From assembly GCA_963699965.1 (NCBI GenBank), contig CAVOVX010000007.1, forward strand, positions 544,549-608,548: a stretch of DNA of 64,000 bases, given 5' to 3'. Numbering within the stretch: the first letter of the stretch is position 1; each line of letters opens with the position of its first letter. This stretch comes from an uncultured Chloroflexia bacterium. GTDB taxonomy: Bacteria > Chloroflexota > Limnocylindria > Limnocylindrales > CSP1-4. The position numbers and the translations under genes were made by a program. Positions 54,424 to 64,000 of the stretch are shown piece after piece. Under the pieces are notes generated by a model. The model was not told where the DNA came from. It searched no databases and worked only from the letters and a program-made list of their open reading frames with translations.

Positions 54424-55484
54424 CGTTCCTGTGGCCGGGCCTGCTCGTCCTGCTCGGGCTGCTGCCGCTCCTCGTCGGCGTCTACGTCTGGAGCCTGCGC
54501 CGCCGGCGACCGACCGGGGCCCGCTACTCGAGCCTGAGCCTCGTCCGCGACGCGTCGCCCGGATCCTCGCGGCTGCGCCGCCACCTGCCGTTCGCCCTGT
54601 TCGCGCTCGCTGTCGGTGGGCTGGTCGTCGCCCTCGCGCGACCGGTTGCGGTCGTGGCCGTGCCGACGAACCAGACGACGATCATCCTCACGATCGACGT
54701 CTCCCGGAGCATGTGCTCCAGCGACATCCCGCCGAGCCGGCTGCAGGCTGCCGAGGCCGCCGCGGCGTCGTTCATCCAGCGCCAGGGTTCGATGACCCAG
54801 ATCGGGATCGTCGCGTTCAGCGGTTTCGCGGAGCTCGTCCAGCCGCCGACCACCGACGAGGAGGTCCTGCTCGACGCGCTCCAGAGCCTGACGACGGGGC
54901 GGCGGACGGCGATCGGCAGCGGGATCCTCGAGGCCATCGACGCGATCGCCGAGATCGACCCGACCGTTGCCCCGGCCGAGATCGACGGCCGGCCCGGCGT
55001 GGCGCCGACACCGGTGCCGCAGGGGGCGTACGCGCCGGACATCATCGTCGTGCTGACCGACGGTGTGGCCAATGCCGGTCCATTGCCGGTCGACGCTGCG
55101 CAGCAGGCGGCCGATCGAGGGCTGCGGGTCTACACGATCGGCTTCGGGACGGCCGACGGTGGCTCGTTCGACCCTGCCTGCGCGCCGCAGTTCGTGGGTC
55201 GGGAGCCGCCGGTCGGTGTCCCCGGCGGCGGCGGGGGCCAGGGGCAGGGCGGCTTCCGACGCGGGATCGACGAGCAGACCCTCACCCAGGTCGCCGACCT
55301 GACCGGCGGGACGTACTACCCGGCCGAGAGCGCCGACCAGCTCGAGCGCGTCTTTGACAACCTGCCGACATCGCTCATCACCCGCCACGAGGCCGTCGAG
55401 ATCGGCGTGATCTTCGTGGCCGTGGCGACGGTCATCGCCGCGCTGGCGCTGCTGCTCGGACGGGCCTGGCGCCCGCTGCCGTAG
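54420..55484 (+). CDS. BatB-like VWA-domain membrane protein
   Basis: 'IILTIDVSRSMCSSDIPPSRL', 'IIVVLTDGVAN', C-terminal TM. Intact. ATGA overlap with BatA. Confidence 0.75.
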   Translation: MTFLWPGLLVLLGLLPLLVGVYVWSLRRRRPTGARYSSLSLVRDASPGSSRLRRHLPFALFALAVGGLVVALARPVAVVAVPTNQTTIILTIDVSRSMCSSDIPPSRLQAAEAAAASFIQRQGSMTQIGIVAFSGFAELVQPPTTDEEVLLDALQSLTTGRRTAIGSGILEAIDAIAEIDPTVAPAEIDGRPGVAPTPVPQGAYAPDIIVVLTDGVANAGPLPVDAAQQAADRGLRVYTIGFGTADGGSFDPACAPQFVGREPPVGVPGGGGGQGQGGFRRGIDEQTLTQVADLTGGTYYPAESADQLERVFDNLPTSLITRHEAVEIGVIFVAVATVIAALALLLGRAWRPLP

Positions 55485-55582
55485 GCGGGGCGACAACGGG
55501 GCAACCCAGCCGGGACCATTTGCCCGGGGTTCAAGCTCGCCGCGCGCAGTTACCGTAACGTCGATGGTCCTGCCTCGTTTCA

Positions 55583-56155
55583 GTGGTCGATGACGTGGAC
55601 GTCGATACGCTGGTCAGCCAGGCGAAAGCCGGCGATGCCGACGCATTCGGTGCCCTCTACGACATCTATGCGGAACGTGTGTACCGATTCATCGTCGTCC
55701 GTGTCCCACAGCCAGCCGACGGCGAGGACCTCCTGCAGCAGGTATTCCTCAAGGTGATCGAGTCCCTCCCTCGCTACGAACAGCGGGGCCTCCCCTTCGG
55801 GGCCTGGCTGTTCCGGATTGCGCGAAACTCGGTGATCGACTTCGGTCGGACTCGACCCATCGTCGAGCCGCTTGGCGACGAGGCCGGACAGAAAGTCGAT
55901 CCCATCGAGCCCAGCATGCTGGTCGAGCGCGCCGGAGAGATCGACCTGGTCCGCACGTCGCTCGGCAAGCTCTCGCCCGAGCAACGGGACGTGATCGATC
56001 TGCGCTTCTTCGCCGGGCTCACGCACGCCGAGATCGGGGCGGTCCTCGGCAAGCGCGAGGGAAACGTGAGAGTCATCCAGCACCGCGCCCTCGAGGTGCT
56101 CCGGCGCCGGATCGACGAGCGCGTCCGGCTTGACGCTCTGGTGGACGAAGCATGA
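55583..56155 (+). CDS. ECF (sigma-70 family) RNA polymerase sigma factor
   Basis: Region 2 'YRFIVVRVPQ…DLLQQVFLKV', region 4 'LSPEQRDVIDLRFFAGLTHAEIGAVLGKREGNVRVIQHRALEVLRRRI'. Confidence 0.85.
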   Translation: MVDDVDVDTLVSQAKAGDADAFGALYDIYAERVYRFIVVRVPQPADGEDLLQQVFLKVIESLPRYEQRGLPFGAWLFRIARNSVIDFGRTRPIVEPLGDEAGQKVDPIEPSMLVERAGEIDLVRTSLGKLSPEQRDVIDLRFFAGLTHAEIGAVLGKREGNVRVIQHRALEVLRRRIDERVRLDALVDEA

Positions 56156-57077
56156 GCTGGCTTCGGTTCGGCCGATCCCGGTCGCCATCGCCCGCGCCGA
56201 ATTCGACCTGGTCGAGGCAGACCTCGGGGCTGCGGCACGAGCGTTGACGCCGGAGCCCGAGCATCTCGCTCGAGTCAGGACCGCGGTCCTTGCTCAATAT
56301 CGTGAGTCCGCGGCTCGCACTACCCCGAGTCGGGCGTCCGCCGACCGAGGCTGGCTGTGGCCCCGCGTTCCGCGCGTCGCCCTGGTCTTCGCGCTCAGCG
56401 TGATCCTCGCCGTCGGGAGCGTGGGTTTCGTCGCAGCCGGAAGCACGCCGGGCCGGCCGTTCTATGGACTCCGTCTCGGGCTCGAGGCGCTCACGCTTCC
56501 GGCCGTGGGTACGCCGGCGCGCCTCGACGCGCAGATCGAACGGCTCGATCGGCGCCTCGTGGAGGCTGAGCGGGCGTCACACGACGGAGATGCGGCTGCA
56601 GCGTCCGACGCCATCGCAGCGTACCGCGCGGAGCTCTTCGACGCAGGTGCCGAGCTCGACGTCGGAGGCGCGGACATGCCCCGCCTGGGCGAGGTCTTGG
56701 CCGCCCACGCGATCCTTCTTGCCCGGCTTGGTGACGATGTCTCCGGGCCGGCGAGGTCTTCGACGACCGACGCGCTCGATCAGGTCAACCGACTGCGGCA
56801 GACGATCGAGTCCCGACCCGGTCACCAGCCGTCGAAGAACGGTCCCGGTGGCGGCGGCAGCGGTGGCGGCGACGGGGGCGGCAACAGCGGCGGCAACGGT
56901 GGCGGCAACAGCGGCGGCAACGGTGGCGGCAACAGCGGTGGCGGGAACGGCGGTGGCGGGAACGGCGGCGGGAACGGTGGCGGGAACGGTGGCGGGAACG
57001 GTGGCGGGAACGGTGGCGGGAACGGTGGCGGCAACGGCGGCGGCGGGAACGGCGGGGGCGGCAACGACGGCCACTAG
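56130..57077 (+). CDS. putative membrane anti-sigma factor with C-terminal (GGGN)n low-complexity tail
   Basis: Overlaps the sigma gene by 26 nt (TTG start per the ORF track). Single TM helix 'VALVFALSVILAVGSVGFVAAG'. Extracytoplasmic helical region (DUF5667-like 'GRPFYGLRLGLE'). Last 75 aa are pure G/N/S. Confidence 0.5.
   Translation: MTLWWTKHELASVRPIPVAIARAEFDLVEADLGAAARALTPEPEHLARVRTAVLAQYRESAARTTPSRASADRGWLWPRVPRVALVFALSVILAVGSVGFVAAGSTPGRPFYGLRLGLEALTLPAVGTPARLDAQIERLDRRLVEAERASHDGDAAAASDAIAAYRAELFDAGAELDVGGADMPRLGEVLAAHAILLARLGDDVSGPARSSTTDALDQVNRLRQTIESRPGHQPSKNGPGGGGSGGGDGGGNSGGNGGGNSGGNGGGNSGGGNGGGGNGGGNGGGNGGGNGGGNGGGNGGGNGGGGNGGGGNDGH
56845..57070 (+). repeat. 12-nt-period tandem repeat (ggtggcgggaac / ggcggcaacagc variants) encoding (GGGN)n
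   Basis: At least 5 perfect consecutive copies of 'ggtggcgggaac' plus about 12 degenerate copies, visible directly in the sequence 56845-57070. Confidence 0.85.
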
Positions 57078-57329
57078 TCCGCGGTTCAAGCAGGCATCCG
57101 TTCGGATCATCGCCAACCCCGACGGCCGGTCGCACCTCGGCGGAGGCTCCGGCAACACCCGGCTGTAACGCCGGAGCGATGGTGTCGTTTCCAGCATCAG
57201 AGCGCACGAACCGTGCGCGAGTCACCTTCCCGATCGAAGGCGGCGCGACCGAGCGCAATCGACCGACCCGTTGAAACGGCCAATCCTCGGGCGCGCGTCG
57301 TTGCCAAACGGCTTCTAGAAGGAGTGGGT

Positions 57330-58142
57330 ATGCGGCAGAGAATGATCAGCGTCGTCGCGGCAGCCGGTCTGTTGACCGCAGTCATCGCCGGCCCGGCGCT
57401 CGCGGGCGCGGGTGGCATTCAGCGTTACCAGGTCGCGACGACGTCGTACACGATCGTGGTCGAGGGAGCGTTCATCCACACGTTCGTGGTTGCGGTCAAC
57501 CCGTGCGACGACTCGATCGCGATCACCGGCTCGACCCCATTGCTCGGCGGCTATTACACGACCGAGACGGTCACTGGCACGCTTGCGGCCGGCGTCATCT
57601 CATTCAGCGCGACGTACGACGGGCCATATAGCCCCGGCTTCATGTGGACGGGCTCGTTCCCCGTCGCTGGCGGCGCCTTGTCCGGCCCATACAGCGGCAC
57701 CGTGACGGCCGCCCCGACGACGTTGAGCACGTACAAGAACCACGGCGATTTCGTGTCATCGATGGGCGGCGGGCCGGAGGCGGCCCATTCCTGCATCGGG
57801 ATGCCGATCTCGAAGGACGACGCGCTGGCAGTCAGTGACCTGGCGGCGGCCGATCAAGCCAACGACCACGACGTGGCTGCCGTTCAGGCGCGATTGGCCG
57901 CGAACGAGGCACGACTGCTCGACACGCTCAAGGCGGTCCTCGCCAGGTTGAAGAACCCGCATGCAACATCGGCGATCCAGAAGCACATCGACGCCATCGA
58001 GGGTGGCGACTCCGGACTCCACCATGCCGCGCAGGTGGTTGGCGGCGACCACTCGGACCACCCGAAGCACTCCGGCAAGCCGGCGTCGGCTGGGTCGTCA
58101 CAAGACCACCCGAACCACGGGAACCACTCCGGAAAGCCGTAG
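57330..58142 (+). CDS. secreted hypothetical protein with His-rich C-terminus
   Basis: RBS gaaggag then ATG. Signal peptide 'MRQRMISVVAAAGLLTAVIAGPALAGA'. C-terminal 'HHAAQVVGGDHSDHPKHSGKPASAGSSQDHPNHGNHSGKP' (HxxH…HSGKP repeats). Confidence 0.55.
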   Translation: MRQRMISVVAAAGLLTAVIAGPALAGAGGIQRYQVATTSYTIVVEGAFIHTFVVAVNPCDDSIAITGSTPLLGGYYTTETVTGTLAAGVISFSATYDGPYSPGFMWTGSFPVAGGALSGPYSGTVTAAPTTLSTYKNHGDFVSSMGGGPEAAHSCIGMPISKDDALAVSDLAAADQANDHDVAAVQARLAANEARLLDTLKAVLARLKNPHATSAIQKHIDAIEGGDSGLHHAAQVVGGDHSDHPKHSGKPASAGSSQDHPNHGNHSGKP

Positions 58143-58257
58143 CGCCGCCAGCGAGCCGACCCCGCTCACGGCGGTCGGCCGCCTCGTCGCTGTAGAACGC
58201 GCACAGACCATCGGCAACGGCAGCTGAGTGTTCGTCCAGCTCCGCCGCCGCCGGTAT

Positions 58258-58288
58258 CGGACCCGGACCAGCCGCGCTGGTCCGGGTC
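58258..58288. terminator. GC-rich hairpin between convergent genes (putative bidirectional terminator)
   Basis: Perfect 13-bp inverted repeat 'ggacccggaccag'/'ctggtccgggtcc' with a 5-nt loop. No U-tract, which is common in high-GC genomes. Confidence 0.4.
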
Positions 58289-58310
58289 CTCACTTGCCCC
58301 CGGTGAGGGC

Positions 58311-59282
58311 TCAGCGATCGGCCGAGCCCACGCTGTCGAGGTAGGACGCGGCCGGGCAGAAGAATAGTGTTCCGGTCACCGGATGGGTGACGTCGAGGAG
58401 CCGATCGTAGGTGCCGGGCGGCTTGCCGACGAACATGTTTTCGAGCATCAGCTCGAGCGGTCGCGGTGAGCGCGCGTAGCCGATGAAGTAGGTCCCGACC
58501 GCGCCCTCGGCCACGTTGCCGAACGGCATGTTGTGGCGGAGGATCTCGAGCTCGACCCCGTCCTCCTCGATCTTCGTGAGGGCGTTGTGTGCCCACGGCG
58601 GCTTGACGTCGTCGGCGAGCTCGATGTCGGACAGCTTGCGCCGACCAATGACCCCTTCCTGGACCTCGGTCGGCATCGCATCCCACGATGCGAGATCGTG
58701 GATGTACTTCTGGACGAGCACGTAGCTGCCGCCGGCGAAGAGCGGATCCTCGTCGCCCACGATCGTCGCCTCGACGGCGGCCGGCCCCTTCGGGTTCTCG
58801 GTCCCGTCGACGAACCCGGTCAGGTCGCGATCGTCAAAGTAGCGGAACCCGTGGACCTCGTCCTCGGGTGCGACCGCCCCACCGAGCCGGCCGACGATCT
58901 GGGTCGCGAGCTCGAAGCAGAGGTCCATCCGCTCGGCCCGGATGTGGAACAGGAGGTCGCCCGGGGTCGAGACCGAGCGACGCGGCCCGCTCCGGATCTC
59001 GACAAGCACGTGGAGGCCCGCTGGCCGTGGTGCGCCGAACAGCCCGTCCCAGGCTTCCGACCCGAACCCGACGATGCACGACAACTGGCCGGCGTCATCA
59101 CGGGTCCCGACGGCCCGGACGACTCCGGCCAGATCTGCGCACAGGTCGCGAACTGCGGACCGTGCGGCATCGCCGGGCCGGACGGTCAGGACGAGGAAGA
59201 TCGCATCGCGCGTACGGCCGGCGGTGACTGGCTGGGGATCGACCACCTCCGAAACGTAGCACCCCCGACCTGCGAGCGACAA
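58311..59282 (-). CDS. DyP-type (dye-decolorizing) heme peroxidase
   Basis: 'LLFHIRAERMDLCFE', 'GFVDGTENP' (GxxDG motif), 'RHNMPFG'. Intact. The true start is probably downstream of the ORF-track M. Confidence 0.8.
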   Translation of the reverse strand: MSLAGRGCYVSEVVDPQPVTAGRTRDAIFLVLTVRPGDAARSAVRDLCADLAGVVRAVGTRDDAGQLSCIVGFGSEAWDGLFGAPRPAGLHVLVEIRSGPRRSVSTPGDLLFHIRAERMDLCFELATQIVGRLGGAVAPEDEVHGFRYFDDRDLTGFVDGTENPKGPAAVEATIVGDEDPLFAGGSYVLVQKYIHDLASWDAMPTEVQEGVIGRRKLSDIELADDVKPPWAHNALTKIEEDGVELEILRHNMPFGNVAEGAVGTYFIGYARSPRPLELMLENMFVGKPPGTYDRLLDVTHPVTGTLFFCPAASYLDSVGSADR

Positions 59283-59338
59283 CGATCAACGTCCATCGGC
59301 GCCGCGGTCAGCCCACCGCCCCTTGCCGGAGACCGGAG

Positions 59339-59864
59339 AATGGTCCGGACGTCGGTCGATCCGGCAGCCTGCCACGAGGTTCATGACGACGTGTTCCGCT
59401 TCAGCCAGGCCCTCCAGATCGACCGGCCGGCCGACGAAGTCTGGCCATACCTCATCGCGTTCGAGCAGGTTCCGTTGTGGGAGCACGGTGTCGTCGAAGT
59501 CCGTCAGATCACGCCCGGCGCTCCAGCCGTCGGCACCGAGATCTCAGCGAGACGGATCTACGCGGGGCGGGAGACCCGGCTGTCCGGGAGCATCGTGGCG
59601 TACGACGACGGACGGTCGGCGACGATGTCGCTGCGGGGCGGGCCGCTCGACGAGGCCCTCGTTTCGTACTCCGTGGAGCCGGTCGACGATCGCCACTCGG
59701 TCGTCACATACAGCGCCCAGGGCAATCTCATCCGCTGGCTCCGCCTCCTCCACCCGATCCTGCCGGGAGTCGGGCGCGGCGAAGCCCGCAAGAACCTGGC
59801 CAAGCTCAAGCGACGGATCGAGGGCGGGATCCCACCGCGCTCCCCTGCACCGTCGCCCTCCTGA
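59339..59864 (+). CDS. SRPBCC (START/polyketide-cyclase-like) family protein
   Basis: '…DRPADEVWPYLIAFEQVPLWEHGVVEVRQI…' resembles the Polyketide_cyc2/SRPBCC beta-grip fold. Confidence 0.55.
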
Positions 59865-59934
59865 GGCGTCGCACGGGCCAGCCTGGAACGGCGAGCGCGC
59901 CTGACGCAGACTATGGTTTCGTCGTCGTGCCAGC

Positions 59935-62900
59935 GTGTCGTCGGATGGGCAGCGGATGATCGAGCCAGAAGAGCGGGCGGGTCCCGGGACCGTCACCGGG
60001 ACCCTGGCCTTCCTGTTCACGGACCTCGCCGGCAGCACCCAGCTCTGGGAGCGGCTGCCTGGCGCGATGAGGGCCGCCCTGGAGCGGCACGACGCGATCC
60101 TGTCCGAGGCGATCGAGACATCGTCCGGACGCGTGGTCAAGACCACCGGCGACGGCCTGATGGCGGTCTTTCCCACGGCGGTGGATGGGGTTACGGCGTC
60201 TCTGGCGGCCCAGCAGGCGCTTGGCGCGGAACGATGGGGCGAGACCGGGCCGCTGCGCGTCCGGATGGGACTCCACGCCGGCGACGCCGACCGACGCGGC
60301 GACGACTACTTCGGACCGACCATCAATCGGACGGCCAGGATCATGGCCGCCGGGCACGGTGGCCAGGTGCTGCTCTCGGCGGCCGCCGCGGCCCTGGCCG
60401 AGGAGCGGCTGCCCGCTGGGGCGAGCCTGCGAGATCTCGGCGAGTACCGGCTCAAGGACCTTGGACGTCCGGAGCGAGTCTTCCAGCTCATCCATCCCAC
60501 CCTCGAGACCACCTTTCCCCCGTTGGCGACCCAGGACCGCGCTGCCGCCAACCTGCCGATCCAGGCCGCCCCGTTCGTCGGCCGCCGGGTGGAGCTGGCG
60601 GACGTGGACCGGCGTCTCGAGGATCCCTCGATCCGCCTGCTCACCCTCACCGGTCCAGGCGGAACGGGGAAGACCACCCTGGCCATCCGGGCCGCGGGCG
60701 ACCAGGTCGATCGGTTCCGCGATGGCGTGTCGTTCGTCGACCTGTCCAGCGCCCGCGACACCGACGCGGTGCTCATCGGGCTCGGGCGCGCGGTCGGCGT
60801 CGGCGAGGCTCCCGATCGTCCCCTTCGGCAGGAGCTGACCGATCGCCTCCGGGATCGCCAGGTCCTTCTCCTCCTCGACAACTTCGAGCAGGTGACGGCG
60901 GCCGCCGGGGTGACCACGGAGCTGCTGAGCGATTGTCCGGAGGTCAAGCTCCTGGTCACGAGCCGTGAGCCGCTCCACGTCCGGCCGGAGCATGTCTATG
61001 CGGTGCCGCCGATGGTCGTGCCGCCCGCCGGGCAGCGGCACATCACGGCCGAGCAGCTCGAGAGCTATCGAATCGGTCCAGCTCTTCGTCGATCGAGCCC
61101 GGGCAGTCCGTCCCGACTTTCAGCTCGACGACGACAACGCGGCCGCGATCGGCGACATCTGCCGTCGGCTCGACGGCCTGCCGCTCGCGATCGAGCTCGC
61201 TGCGGCCCGCTTGCGGCTGTTCTCGCCGGAAGCGTTGCGTGATCGGCTCGGAAGCCGGCTCGAGCTGCTCCGGAGCACGGCCCGCGACCTGCCCGAGCGG
61301 CAGCAGACGCTGCGGGCGACGATCGAATGGAGCTACCAGCTCCTCGATCCCGGGGAGCAGCGCCTGTTCGAGGTCCTCGCGGTCTTTGCCGACGCGGACC
61401 TCCCGGCGGTGGAGGCGGTCGCGGCCGCGGCAGACGAGCAGGTGGGTAGCGACGTCGACGTGATGGAAGCGCTCGCGTCGCTCCTCGAGAAGAGCCTCAT
61501 CCGACAGGCCGATGTGCCGCGCGGCGAGCCGCGCCTGGTAATGCTCGAGACGATCCGGGAGTATGCGACCGAGCGGCTCGACGACCGCGGGGCGGGTCCG
61601 CTCGTCCGCCGCGCCCACGCGACCTACTACGCCGACCTTGCCTCGCGACTGCGTCGCGACCTGGGCGGAGCCGGGCGCGATCAGGCCATGCTCGCCATGG
61701 CCGCCGACGTCGGCAACCTCCGCCTCGCCTGGCGCTACTGGATTGGCGAGTCGGACCTCGGCCAGCTCACGAAGCTTGCTGACAGCCTCCTCATCCTCAA
61801 CGAGGCCCGCGGCTGGTATCACGACACGGTCGAGCTCACGACGAACCTGCTCGCGGTCCTGGCCGGGGCGACGTCGACCCCCGAGCTCGTCGGGCAGGAG
61901 ATCGGCCTCCGGATGAGCCTCGCCCGGGCGCTCCTCGCGACTCGCGGCTACACCCCCGAGGTCGCCGATGCGTACGCCCGGGCGCTCGAGCTGTTCGAGG
62001 GCGGCCAGGAGCTCCGCCAGCACTACTCGGTCCTGCGCGGACTCGCGAGCCTCTACCTGCTCAGGACGGAGTTCGACAAGGCGGGCGAGCTCGGCGAGCG
62101 GATCCTCGCACTCGCTGAGCAGGAGGGCGACCCGAGCATGCGGATCGATGGCCACCTGGTCGTCGGATCGACGCTCGTCTTCACGAGCGACCTCCGGGGT
62201 GGGCTCCGCCACCTGGACTCGGCAATCGGCCTGTTCGAGTCGAGCCCGACCCGGGCGGTCGGTTCGCGGCTGGGCAACGATCCTCGGGTCTCGTGCCTCA
62301 CGACGTCGGCCTTTGCCCTCTGGCTGCTCGGTTATCCGGATGGCGCCCTGGAGCGGGCGAATGCGTCGCTCGAGACTGGCCCGCCGGCTCGACCATCCGT
62401 ATACGACGGCCTACGCCCAGTTCCATTCGGGCCTGCTCCATCTCCTGCGCCGCGAACCCGAAACCGTCCTCGCCCGCGCCGAAAAGCTCCTGGAGCTCGC
62501 GGACGAGTACGACTTCCGGATCTGGTCGGCGATCGGATCGTGCCTGCTGGGAGCGGCGCAGGCGAGCCTCGGGCAAGCGGAGAGCGGGCTCGCCCGGATC
62601 CGCGAGGGGATGGCGTCTTACCAGGGGCTCGTGACCCCGCCGGTCTTCTGGCCGATGCTGCTCTACGTCGCCGCCGCGGCGAGCAGCCGAGCCGGCCTCC
62701 CGGCCCGGGGCCTCGGTCCGGTCGACGAAGCCATAGTGCTCGTGGGTCCCGAATCCAGTGCGGCCTTCCTTCCGGAGATGCGCCTCCTCAAGGGAGACCT
62801 GCTGGCGGCGCTCGAGGCGACCGGTGAGGCGGTTCCGATCGGCTCGCTGTCGACGTATGAGCTGGCCCTGGAACAGGCCCGTCGGATCGGGGCGCGGATG

Positions 62901-63077
62901 TCCGAGCTCCGAGCGGCGACGAGACTCTGCCGCTCGGCCCACAGCGACTCGGCCGTCGCTCGATTCGGCGATCTGCAGGCCGTCCTCGGGACGTTCACGG
63001 AGGGCTTCGGAACCGCGGACCTGGTCGAGGCGGTAGCGCTGGCGGCCGTCGACGGCAGCCGATCGGACGGAGGGTAA
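59935..63077 (+). CDS. large regulator: class III adenylate/guanylate cyclase domain + AAA/STAND NTPase + TPR region; 2 frameshifts
   Basis: 'LAFLFTDLAGSTQLWERL…VVKTTGDGLMAVF…YFGPTINRTARI' (CHD cyclase). 'LLTLTGPGGTGKTTLAIRAA' (P-loop). C-terminal TPR-like helices. Frame changes near 61080 and 62350. Confidence 0.75.
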
Positions 63078-63302
63078 CCGGCTCCAAAGTACCCGCGCGA
63101 TCAGGACTTGACCGTGCCACCTTCGAGCACATACTCGGAACGACGGCTGCTGCGCCGAACGCTTCGGCCCACGCTCAACGGGACACTGATCCTGACGGAC
63201 TCCGCCCCGTTCGAGCACCCGGCCACGGCTCGACACCCCTCGTAACGGTCGACCTCGAGGGACAGGGCAGCCGCTCGACACCGACCTGCGGAGGGGGGCG
63301 TC

Positions 63303-64000
63303 ATGTCGATTGAGCTTGCCAAGGTCCCGCTGCCGATTCGGCGCAAGGCCGCCCAGCACCTCGAGTCCATCCGCGGGACGCCGATGGCGCCAAACGCGCG
63401 GAACGCCCACCTGTCCGACGAGGTCTGGCCGGTCTACCGCCCGGACCTCGAGGAGGTCGCCTACTACGAGTTCGGCGTGGAGCTCGGTTCCGGGCCGCGT
63501 CGTTTCGTCACGTCACCGGCCGAGCTGTCCGAGCTGCTGGCCGCAGAACGGAAGACCGTGACCGCCCGCTCGAGACGGACGGAGGCCAGCCTCAAGGAAC
63601 GCGCCGGGGCGTCGCGCTCGGCGAGTCGCGGCTTCATCGTCGTCTCGACCGGGCCGCACGACTTCCCGATCCCGCACTGGAGCCTCGACCGGGCGCCGGT
63701 CAGTGCGCAGCTTGAGGCGTCGGCCGAGAAGGGCGGTGCGATCGAGCGGATCTATCGGCTCGATGCCCTGGCCTACGTCGCCGAATCGAAGGACGGCACG
63801 CTGGTCGGACGGGTCGGCCAGCTGCCGGGGCTGGTGGCCGGGCTGCCTCACGACCTGCAGCGGTCCGCTGTCGGGCCCTCGACGCTCGAGGCAACGCCGA
63901 CCGGCGAAGCGAAGACCGACGATCAGGCGGAGGGCGTCGAACACCAGGTCAAGCGAACGGAGGTCCAGGTCCCCGAGCTGAAACCGATCGAAGTCGACGA
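63303..64000 (+). CDS. hypothetical protein, 5' partial within window (open to the end of the window)
   Basis: ATG at 63303. My manual translation is stop-free for 232 codons to the window edge ('MSIELAKVPLPIRRKAAQHLESIRGTPMAPNARNAHLSDEVWPVYRPDLEEVAYYEFGV…'). No recognisable motif. Confidence 0.4.
   Translation, partial: MSIELAKVPLPIRRKAAQHLESIRGTPMAPNARNAHLSDEVWPVYRPDLEEVAYYEFGVELGSGPRRFVTSPAELSELLAAERKTVTARSRRTEASLKERAGASRSASRGFIVVSTGPHDFPIPHWSLDRAPVSAQLEASAEKGGAIERIYRLDALAYVAESKDGTLVGRVGQLPGLVAGLPHDLQRSAVGPSTLEATPTGEAKTDDQAEGVEHQVKRTEVQVPELKPIEVD

Noticed and set aside
56845-57070. Possible CRISPR or other spacer-repeat array
   Set aside because: It is a 12-nt-period coding microsatellite with no spacers and lies inside an ORF. 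No CRISPR-like arrays or cas genes occur anywhere in the window.

Overview
This window is high-GC DNA (roughly 70% by eye) that looks like Actinobacteria or a similar high-GC lineage. It has a dense gene map and no rRNA, tRNA, CRISPR array or obvious mobile element.

Gene content, in order:
- The first ~19 kb is almost entirely one minus-strand block of secreted or extracytoplasmic proteins with a copper theme.
  - It contains a subtilisin-like S8 protease, a CopC-CopD (YcnJ-like) fusion, and three tandem multicopper-oxidase (MCO)-like genes. One MCO is a Tat-secreted, CopA/CueO-like gene that keeps its HWHG and HCH motifs. The other two have lost the canonical copper ligands.
  - It also contains a ~2,000-aa giant secreted protein built from SdrD-B-like repeats and a right-handed beta-helix.
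  - Three of these otherwise unrelated proteins (the protease, one MCO-like protein and the giant protein) end in the same ~330-aa C-terminal cassette. This is an Ig-like domain with an 'EWF...AGNWG' motif followed by a ~190-aa jelly-roll-like domain ending in '...IG[KPR]'.
- Downstream are a ferric-reductase/MsrQ-like heme membrane protein and a membrane-anchored coiled-coil gene interrupted by one in-frame TAG. Two divergent LuxR-type two-component systems follow.
- Next come an MttB-superfamily methyltransferase, PPK2 and a P-type ATPase. They are followed by two MFS transporters, an ABC1/UbiB kinase and tandem AI-2E transporters.
- A SulP-DUF2252-META-SulP block follows. After it come two SHOCT-domain proteins and a LAL-type LuxR regulator, then an S1 protease.
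- The remaining genes are a MoxR-DUF58-VWA-VWA operon, an ECF sigma/anti-sigma pair whose tail is a (GGGN)n repeat, and a His-rich secreted protein. A DyP peroxidase, an SRPBCC protein and a large cyclase-AAA-TPR regulator complete the window.

Major caveat: more than 50 apparent frameshifts interrupt otherwise well-conserved genes. They sit at C/G runs, some are compensating pairs, and they cluster strongly at 10.2-12.9 kb and 40.6-46.5 kb. I read these as most likely indel sequencing or assembly errors, with genuine pseudogenisation as the alternative. All coordinates for split genes are therefore approximate.

All functional calls come from reading motifs in the supplied translations. No database search was possible.
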